A DNA stretch of 64,000 nt from Candidatus Cloacimonadales bacterium (GTDB lineage: Bacteria > Cloacimonadota > Cloacimonadia > Cloacimonadales > JAIOQZ01). The notes below the pieces were generated by a model that saw nothing but the letters and a program-made list of their open reading frames with translations, was not told the origin of the DNA and ran no database searches. The stretch spans positions 64,373 through 128,372 of the forward strand of contig CAXXSY010000003.1 in assembly GCA_963665015.2 (NCBI GenBank). Reading direction: 5' to 3'. Both the position numbers and the translations under genes were made by a program. Of the stretch, positions 27,813 to 34,833 are shown piece after piece; the first letter of the stretch is position 1, and every line of letters starts with the position of its first letter.

Positions 27813-28232
27813 CGCACGCTCCGGGACATCATGATTTTATCTATAAACACGAATATTGATTTACCCATATCATACTCATTTCGACAAAACATGACAGGCA
27901 ACATACACCCGATATTGCGATTGATGGAAACGGGCTATTCATTATTGCAGATTCTCCCTTTCTGATCAGATCAATCGCCCAATCGTTACGAATTTACGTA
28001 ATCCACCTCTGCCCAGAAGAGCCCAATATCAACTCAACACGGGACACCATGGATTACAAGGTTTTTCCTATTGATAGTTTAGCAAGAAATCCCATCGTGT
28101 CAAGTCGTTTCATTATCGTTGATTTCTTATTTTTCAGAATCGACAATCCCTTAATACCCCTTCCGAGTTTTTTTGTGTATTACTCTTCTTTTATTTCTAT
28201 AGATCGACTCATGAACCTCCCGCTATCCTATC

Positions 28233-28263
28233 TATAGAAAAGGGAGACTCATACGAGCCTCCC
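28233..28263 (-). terminator. intrinsic terminator of the carboxyltransferase operon
   Basis: On the - strand: GGGAGGCUC-GUAU-GAGUCUCCC (9-bp stem with one G-U pair), followed by UUUUCUAU. It starts 25 nt after the stop at 28288. Confidence 0.6.
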
Positions 28264-28287
28264 ATCTATCTCTTTTGTTCGATTTCG

Positions 28288-30258
28288 TTATTCGATCACG
28301 CAGAGAACGGCGTCCTTGGAAACGTTGTCACCGGCGCCGAAAGGAATCTCCTTGATCGTGCCTTCGAAAGTGGCTTCGATGTTGTTGTACATCTTCATGG
28401 CTTCCAGAATCAGGATCGTTTCACCGACCGCAACCTTGTCGCCCACCTGCTTCTTGTATTCGATCACCATGCCCGGCATGGGGGCCGTAACGACATGCTG
28501 GCCTTCCGCAACGGCAACCTGTGGTTTGGGCGCTTCTTTCTTCGGTGCGGGTTTCGCAGCCGGAGCCGGAGCAGCAGGTCTCGCAACCGGTCTCACACTC
28601 GGTGCGACCGCCGGCATACCGTCCGATCCGATCTCGACCTTGAAGTACTCGTCATCAACATAGACGTCGAAGCTGCGCACGTTCTCCGGTTTGGGAGGTG
28701 CTTCTTTGACAGGCTTTTCGACCAGCTCGCCGCACAGCGCTTTGTGAACGAGCTTCCGCTCCGCTTCGCACTCCTCGATGGTCTTGGGCATCACGTCTTT
28801 CGGAGGCTCTTCCTTACCGTATTTCCACTTCAGGAAGCGCTTTCCGGTGACCGGATAGAGCGCCACGATCAGTTCGTCGTCGAGGTCTTTTGCCAGACCC
28901 TTGCACTCTTCCTTCACTTTGGGCAGTTCCGGTTCGAGGACATCGCCCGGGCGCACGTCGGTCGGTTCCTCGCCGCGCGGGTAATCCTTCAAGGCCTTCG
29001 CCTGAACGTCCTTGTCGATCGGTCGCGGCGTCCTCCCGTAGAGACCGAAGCAGAGGTCTTTGACCTGCTCGGTGATGCGGTTGTATTCGCCTTCTTCCTT
29101 GTCGAAGAGGACGTTGTTCACCGTCTGGATGCCGACGATCTGACTGGTCGGAGTCACGAGCGGCACCTGGCCGAGGTCTTTGCGCACCTTGGGCAGGGTT
29201 TCGAAGACGTCTTCGAGCCGGTCGAGCTGCTCCATCTGGCGAAGCTGGTTGACCAGGTTGGAGAGCATTCCGCCCGGCGTCTGGTGCAGGATTACGTTGA
29301 TATCGATGACGGACAGCTTGGTGTTGTCCAGGAAGTGCATGTATTTCGGCGCGATCTTTTCGAGTTTCTTGTCGATGTCGCTGAGCAGGTTGATATCGAA
29401 TCCGGTATCGCGGTTGGTGCCGAGGAGGCTGACCACCAGCGGTTCGATGGCCGCGTGCGAGGTACGGTAGGCAAACGGCGCCAGGCAGGTATCGACGATA
29501 TCGACGCCGGCCTCGATCGCCTTGAAGATCGAGAGATCGCCCATCCCGGATGTGAAGTGCGTGTGCAGATGGATCGGGCATTTGACGGTCTCTTTGAGCG
29601 CCTTGATCAGGTTGTAGGCGTCATACGGCGCGATCAGACCCGCCATGTCCTTGATGCAGATCGAGTCCGCGCCCATCGCCTCGAGCTCCTTCGCCTTGTC
29701 GAGGTAGTACGCGAGATTATAGACGTCGCCACCCATGCGCTGCTCGGTGAGCGAATAGCATATCGATCCCTGGAAGTGCTTCTTGTTCTTCTGGATGATT
29801 TTCACCGCGGTCTCGAAATTGCGGAAGTCGTTGAGCGCGTCGAACACGCGGAAGATATCGATGCCGTTGTCTGCGGCACGCTGCACGAACGCCTCGACCA
29901 CGTCGTCCGCGTAGTTGCGGTAACCCACCAGATTCTGGCCGCGAAGCAGCATCGAGAATGGGGTGTTCTTCATGTACTTCTTCAGGGTGCGAATCCTTTG
30001 CCACGGATCCTCGTTGAGGTAGCGATGCATGGTGTCGAAGGTCGCTCCGCCCCATACTTCTGTCGAGTAGAAGCCGACCTGATCGATTTGCTCGGCGACT
30101 TCCAATAAATCCTCGGTTCTGCCGCGCGTGGCGAAGATGGATTGATGTCCGTCGCGGAAGGTCAAGTCCTGCACCTTGACAGGATTGGCTGCTTTCGGGC
30201 GATCCTGGCCGTACTTCATGTCGGTCAGTTCGAGCGCCCCGTGCTTGTCGTATTTCAT
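28288..30258 (-). CDS. carboxyltransferase 5S-type subunit fused to biotin carboxyl carrier domain (oxaloacetate decarboxylase alpha / transcarboxylase 5S+1.3S-like)
   Basis: LTFRDGHQS carboxyltransferase motif, HLHTHFTSGM, an Ala/Pro-rich linker (PVARPAAPAPAAKPAPKKEAPKP) and the biotinyl motif EAMKM near the C-terminus. Confidence 0.85.
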   Translation of the reverse strand: MKYDKHGALELTDMKYGQDRPKAANPVKVQDLTFRDGHQSIFATRGRTEDLLEVAEQIDQVGFYSTEVWGGATFDTMHRYLNEDPWQRIRTLKKYMKNTPFSMLLRGQNLVGYRNYADDVVEAFVQRAADNGIDIFRVFDALNDFRNFETAVKIIQKNKKHFQGSICYSLTEQRMGGDVYNLAYYLDKAKELEAMGADSICIKDMAGLIAPYDAYNLIKALKETVKCPIHLHTHFTSGMGDLSIFKAIEAGVDIVDTCLAPFAYRTSHAAIEPLVVSLLGTNRDTGFDINLLSDIDKKLEKIAPKYMHFLDNTKLSVIDINVILHQTPGGMLSNLVNQLRQMEQLDRLEDVFETLPKVRKDLGQVPLVTPTSQIVGIQTVNNVLFDKEEGEYNRITEQVKDLCFGLYGRTPRPIDKDVQAKALKDYPRGEEPTDVRPGDVLEPELPKVKEECKGLAKDLDDELIVALYPVTGKRFLKWKYGKEEPPKDVMPKTIEECEAERKLVHKALCGELVEKPVKEAPPKPENVRSFDVYVDDEYFKVEIGSDGMPAVAPSVRPVARPAAPAPAAKPAPKKEAPKPQVAVAEGQHVVTAPMPGMVIEYKKQVGDKVAVGETILILEAMKMYNNIEATFEGTIKEIPFGAGDNVSKDAVLCVIE

Positions 30259-30279
30259 TCCTTATATCCTCCGTATATT

Positions 30280-30465
30280 CTATCTCTTGATAACTCTTCG
30301 TTGCAGTAATTCTCGATTTTGCATGATGGTGCGTCTGCCATGCTGCGCCCACGGAACCGGCACGTTCACCGGAACCGGCTCGACGCGGCTACGCATCGAC
30401 TGCTCCTCTTCCATCAGCATCATCACGCCGGCGATCGCCGCGCGGATTTTCTTCTCTCGCTGCAT
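30280..30465 (-). CDS. small decarboxylase/transcarboxylase-associated protein (OadG-like?)
   Basis: 61-aa ORF packed between the two carboxyltransferase genes, with 9- and 21-nt gaps. KIRAAIAGVMMLMEEE resembles the AAI-rich segment of small subunits in such operons. The family assignment is from memory only. Confidence 0.35.
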   Translation of the reverse strand: MQREKKIRAAIAGVMMLMEEEQSMRSRVEPVPVNVPVPWAQHGRRTIMQNRELLQRRVIKR

Positions 30466-30474
30466 CGATACCCC

Positions 30475-32034
30475 CTACACCGGAATGTTGCCGTGCTTCT
30501 TGGGCGGCAGCGATTCGCTCTTGGTGGTGAGGACTTCCAGGGCGTCGATCAGCCGGACGCGCGTTTCCGAAGGACGGATCACCGCGTCGATGTACCCGCG
30601 CTCGGCCGCGTTGTACGGATTGTTGAACGCCTCTTCGTACTCGGCGATCAGCTCCTTGCGAAGCTCCGCGGGATTCTCGGACGCCTTCAGGCGCTTGCGG
30701 TAGCCGGACACGATGTTCACCGCGCCCTGCGCGCCCATCACCGCGATTTCGGCGGAGGGCCACGCGAAAATCATGTCGCCGCCCAGGTGTTGCGAGCTCA
30801 TCGCGATGTAGGCACCACCGTAGTCCTTGCGGGTGACCACGGTAAGCTTGGGAACCGTCGCTTCCGAGTAGCTCCACAGGAGTTTGGCGCCGTGCCGGAT
30901 GATGCCGTTCCATTCCTGCTCGCAGCCCGGGAGGTAGCCCGGGACATCCACGAAGGTGATGATCGGCAGATTGAAGGCGTCGCAGAACCGGATGAAGCGG
31001 GAAATTTTGTCGGATGCGTCGATGTCGAGGCAGCCGGCGAGAACCAGCGGCTGGTTGCCAATGATGCCCACCGCGCGACCGTTCATGCGACCGAAACCGA
31101 TGATAGCGTTCTGCGCGTAGAACTGGTGCGGCTCGAAGAATTCGCCGTTATCGACAATCGAACGAACGATGTCCTTTATATCGTAGGGTTGACGCGCGCT
31201 GTCGGGTACCATCGTGTCGAGCTCGGGACAGAGACGTCCGGGATCGTCGGTCGGCTGGTAGCGCGGCGCGTCTTCCATGTTGTTGTTGGGCAGGTAGCTC
31301 AGCAGCGCTTTGACCTGCTCGATGGCGTCCTCGTCGCTCTCGCAGGCGAAGTGCGCGTTGCCACTCTTGGTGTTGTGTGCCATGGCGCCGCCGAGGTCTT
31401 CGAAAGTGGTGTTTTCGCCGGTGACCGTCTTGATCACGCTCGGGCCGGTGATGAACATGTAGCTGGTGTTCTTGACCATGAAAACGAAGTCGGTCATGGC
31501 GGGTGAATAGACCGCGCCACCCGCGCAAGGTCCCATGATGGCGGTGATCTGTGGGATCACGCCGGAGGAACGCGCGTTGCGGAAGAAGATGTCGCCGTAG
31601 CCCTTGAGCGAGTCGATACCTTCCTCGACGCGTGCGCCGCCGGAATCGTTGAAGCCGACGATCGGAACGCCGGATTTCAGCGCCAGGTCCTGAATCTTGC
31701 TGATCTTGGCGGCGTGCTTCTCGCCCAGCGATCCGCCGCGCGAGGTGAAGTCCTGCGAATAGGCGAACACCGGACGACCGTTGACCAGTCCGTGGCCGGT
31801 GACCACGCCGTCGGACGGGATATCGTGTTTGGGCATGTCAAAATTTGTGGAGCGATGGTGGACGAACATGTCGATCTCGCGGAAGGTACCCGGATCGAAG
31901 AACATGTCGATGCGCTCGCGGGCGGATAATTTTCCCGCCTTGTGCTGCTTTTCGATGCGCGCTTCGCCGCCCATCTCTTTCGTCTTGCCGATTCGTTTTT
32001 CCAGCAGTTCGATTTTCTCTTTTACCGTACTCAT
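30475..32034 (-). CDS. methylmalonyl-CoA carboxyltransferase 12S subunit / acyl-CoA carboxylase beta
   Basis: 519 aa. AGKLSARERI, GFNDSGGARVEEG and GPCAGGAVYSPA motifs, and a duplicated crotonase-like carboxyltransferase fold pattern. Confidence 0.9.
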   Translation of the reverse strand: MSTVKEKIELLEKRIGKTKEMGGEARIEKQHKAGKLSARERIDMFFDPGTFREIDMFVHHRSTNFDMPKHDIPSDGVVTGHGLVNGRPVFAYSQDFTSRGGSLGEKHAAKISKIQDLALKSGVPIVGFNDSGGARVEEGIDSLKGYGDIFFRNARSSGVIPQITAIMGPCAGGAVYSPAMTDFVFMVKNTSYMFITGPSVIKTVTGENTTFEDLGGAMAHNTKSGNAHFACESDEDAIEQVKALLSYLPNNNMEDAPRYQPTDDPGRLCPELDTMVPDSARQPYDIKDIVRSIVDNGEFFEPHQFYAQNAIIGFGRMNGRAVGIIGNQPLVLAGCLDIDASDKISRFIRFCDAFNLPIITFVDVPGYLPGCEQEWNGIIRHGAKLLWSYSEATVPKLTVVTRKDYGGAYIAMSSQHLGGDMIFAWPSAEIAVMGAQGAVNIVSGYRKRLKASENPAELRKELIAEYEEAFNNPYNAAERGYIDAVIRPSETRVRLIDALEVLTTKSESLPPKKHGNIPV

Positions 32035-32242
32035 TCAAACCTCTTGTCATAGCCCGCGCACGGCGAGCCGTCGTTATTGTTTTCTATCCGATAGAAAAAA
32101 GTATTTTGCGTTCATAAGGGCAAGTTTTTTTTCGCGAAGAGGGTAGAAACCATTGAACCAGACATGGTTATCGGGTGGGGAATCAGGTATGAAACAAAAT
32201 GTTGTAAATCCAACACTAAATCGTCTCGACCGGTTATTTTAC

Positions 32243-32271
32243 TTGACATAAACCTTGATTTTCATTATCAT
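32243..32271 (+). promoter_or_regulatory. candidate sigma70-type promoter for the AT-rich operon
   Basis: TTGACA (32243-32248), a 17-nt spacer, then TATCAT (32266-32271). A second TTGACA at 32361 has no good -10 element. Confidence 0.3.
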
Positions 32272-32411
32272 AATAATGAAGGTTGAATAGAATGGGGAAG
32301 AGATGATTAGCTTCTGCAGCGCCTTGATTTATATTAAATAATGACTAAAACAAAAAAAACTTGACATGCTGTTTACACATGAATCTCCTTATCCCATAAA
32401 AGGAGGTGACC

Positions 32412-32858
32412 ATGTTCCAGTCAAATGGAAGATACTCATCGATGTTCAATATCGGAAAAGATATTGTCAAGCGAGAACATTCCGTACCGTTGAAAAGCAT
32501 TGAGAAGTTCTATCTCAATAATTTGCGGGAATATTTCGAGAAATATTTAGCCGGAGTGTCAGCTTGGAATTCTGGTGATCAGGTTACCTATAATACCGTT
32601 TCCAGCTTATGCGCATTTCCGAGCATTGGCAGCTTACAGAAGATCAAGATTGAAGAATCATACACCAAGAAGTACAATCCCGTTTCAACATTGCATTTTA
32701 TTGTTGATTATATCAGCGATGTCTCACAAATGAAACCTGTAAAACAAGAAAGCAGAGAGGCTTTGAGTGAGATTTTTGATTACTTTTATAAAATTCACGA
32801 AAAAGCCGAGAGCTCAGAAGACATTCAAAGTGATATAATTGATAATTTCGACGACTAA
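32412..32858 (+). CDS. hypothetical small protein with strongly acidic C-terminal tail (island gene A)
   Basis: ATG at 32412, 5 nt after AGGAGG (32401-32406). 148 aa with no motif I recognise. The C-terminus is EKAESSEDIQSDIIDNFDD. Its stop lies 3 nt before gene B. Confidence 0.6.
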   Translation: MFQSNGRYSSMFNIGKDIVKREHSVPLKSIEKFYLNNLREYFEKYLAGVSAWNSGDQVTYNTVSSLCAFPSIGSLQKIKIEESYTKKYNPVSTLHFIVDYISDVSQMKPVKQESREALSEIFDYFYKIHEKAESSEDIQSDIIDNFDD

Positions 32859-32861
32859 CAT

Positions 32862-34229
32862 ATGCTTTCCCAATCAATTAGACGCAATGAGCTCTTAAGG
32901 TGCGTAAGGTCCATTCTTGAGTTTATCGAGGAATTGAGCGCAAAAGATTACCATTCCCAAAGTATCGTTGAATTATTGGATGCTTACAGATTGACACTGA
33001 ACTCACTATACGGATGGCTTCAATATATTAAACCATCAGACCTAATACCGAAACATAGTAACGAAATCCATAATATTCTTGTTAATGGCATCTCCACCAG
33101 CCTGCGATACATCCAAAGATCACAAACAAAATATACTCCGTGGAGCATGCTAACATTATTAGAGGAACTTGTAGGCAAGATATATGAAGATCAAAGAATC
33201 GTTATTAGGCCAAAATGGCGATGGCATTATCAAATCGCCACAAAGCCGATGAATATCAAACTCTCTGAGTTACTAGCATACATGTGCGCTAATGATCCCA
33301 CCATAATCGATGAGTGTAATAAACTCGAGATGATGAGAAAAATTCGTTTTGTTTCCTTTCCAATAATGGAAGTAGATAATTATCTCGCACACATACTTTT
33401 TTTTCACGAAATTGGACATCTTATCCAGGAAGAAATGTTTGATAACATTATCCCCAAGAAACTTTCAGAAATGATGTATGACAAGAATAGAAAAGATGAT
33501 AATGACGACATGAATGCCAGGCAGATAACCGTTTACATCAACATGCTCCTACAGGAAATTATCCCAGATGTTGTGGCATATCTCCTCGTAGGACCAGCAT
33601 ACTTTATTGGTTTATTCACAGCGCAAAACTACTCTTTAGTTAACGGAAGCGATAAATTGCCAACAAAACAGGAGTGCTCAGATATTATAAAGAGGTCGTC
33701 ACTACCAACATACCCGCACCCTCCTCTTGCATTACGCTTAACATATCTTTATGACTATTATTATAAGAGAGACATAAAAGAGAAGTATCAAGGCTGCTAC
33801 TACAGACTGAAACCGTTTAGTGATTGTAACGACTACACACACAAAGAAACAATAGCTAGATACAGCTCCACCGAACCAAATATTGATATAGCATACAGGA
33901 TATTTATTGCAATTATGGAAGCAGTCAAACCAGATATCAAGAAAAGACTCGATGGTTTAGTTTATTCTGGCGCTTCCCGTACTGATATCGAATATTTGCT
34001 CAATAAATTGAGACACGATATTCCACCAGTAGAACTCAAGAATGGAAACGTTGCCGAAATTGGAGATGTTTTTCTTGCCGCCTTTTTTTATGTATATTTC
34101 GAGATAATTCGCAAAGAAAAGAATCCTGTTTCCTATTGTGAGAAAATGGAAACCATGAATAAGTTAATTAAATTTACTTTCAATGGAATAAGATATAAGG
34201 ATATGTATAATGCCTGTTTATCGCGATAG
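32862..34229 (+). CDS. hypothetical 455-aa protein with HExxH zinc-metallopeptidase motif (island gene B)
   Basis: FFHEIGHLIQEE at aa 181-191 (nt 33405-33419 encode HEIGH). A downstream EIIPDVVAYLLVGPAY (aa 232-247) could supply a third ligand, as in ImmA/IrrE- or M48-like gluzincins. The rest of the protein is unrecognised. Confidence 0.6.
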   Translation: MLSQSIRRNELLRCVRSILEFIEELSAKDYHSQSIVELLDAYRLTLNSLYGWLQYIKPSDLIPKHSNEIHNILVNGISTSLRYIQRSQTKYTPWSMLTLLEELVGKIYEDQRIVIRPKWRWHYQIATKPMNIKLSELLAYMCANDPTIIDECNKLEMMRKIRFVSFPIMEVDNYLAHILFFHEIGHLIQEEMFDNIIPKKLSEMMYDKNRKDDNDDMNARQITVYINMLLQEIIPDVVAYLLVGPAYFIGLFTAQNYSLVNGSDKLPTKQECSDIIKRSSLPTYPHPPLALRLTYLYDYYYKRDIKEKYQGCYYRLKPFSDCNDYTHKETIARYSSTEPNIDIAYRIFIAIMEAVKPDIKKRLDGLVYSGASRTDIEYLLNKLRHDIPPVELKNGNVAEIGDVFLAAFFYVYFEIIRKEKNPVSYCEKMETMNKLIKFTFNGIRYKDMYNACLSR

Positions 34230-34833
34230 AATTATCGAATTAATGAGTTTGCCGCCAGATAGAAAAGATGCTCTATACATTACGCCACAATTGGATTTGG
34301 AAAGCATTGGAGATATAGGTATCGATTTACGATTGTCAAACCAATTTATTGTTTTCAATGCTGATTCATTGTGTCATATAGATTTTCTTGATTCATCTGA
34401 GGGTAAAGAGAGAATTAGAAAATATCAAAAATATGTCGTTGTTCCCCCAAATAAACCATTTATTCTACACCCCAACACACTCGTATTAGGATCAACTTTG
34501 GAGTTTGTCTCAATGCCCAATAACCATTCAGGATCAATTGATGGTAGATCGTCTTGGGCTAGACACGGACTAATTATTGCTACTGCGTGTGCAATAGATC
34601 CAGGCTTCAAAGGCACAATTACACTTGAATTAACTAATCTCGGGGAATCTCCGTTGTACTTGTATCCAGGAGTTAGAGTTATCCAGCTTTTTCTGGAGAA
34701 TTTGGGAAATAAGGCCAGAGATTATTCAAAAGGGTGCCGAAAATACCGTGTTCAAGTTGGTCCTGAATTTAGTAAAATTCATGACGATAGAGAGATGCCA
34801 ATACTTAGAAAAATGTACGGAAGAAGTCACTAA
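34210..34833 (+). CDS. dcd: dCTP deaminase family protein (island gene C)
   Basis: It aligns by eye along the full length of E. coli Dcd. DGRSSWARHGL matches GRSSLARLGL, IDPGFKGTITLELTN matches IDPGWSGCIVLEFYN (catalytic Glu retained, E140), and the N-terminal DRDI-like RDRIIE is present. The start overlaps gene B by 20 nt. Confidence 0.8.
   Translation: MPVYRDRIIELMSLPPDRKDALYITPQLDLESIGDIGIDLRLSNQFIVFNADSLCHIDFLDSSEGKERIRKYQKYVVVPPNKPFILHPNTLVLGSTLEFVSMPNNHSGSIDGRSSWARHGLIIATACAIDPGFKGTITLELTNLGESPLYLYPGVRVIQLFLENLGNKARDYSKGCRKYRVQVGPEFSKIHDDREMPILRKMYGRSH

Noticed and set aside
28049-28237. A 62-aa ORF in the 475-bp AT-rich gap upstream of cheR.
   Set aside because: It is a low-complexity F/I/S-rich translation of AT-rich DNA with no SD. 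The region is better explained as a promoter/leader plus the terminator of the carboxyltransferase operon.
32035-34833. Calling the AT-rich island a prophage remnant, an integrative element or a classical toxin-antitoxin locus.
   Set aside because: There is no integrase, recombinase or transposase, no tRNA or att-like direct repeats, and no phage structural genes. Gene sizes (148/455/207 aa) do not fit a classical type II TA pair. It is reported as a compositional island only.
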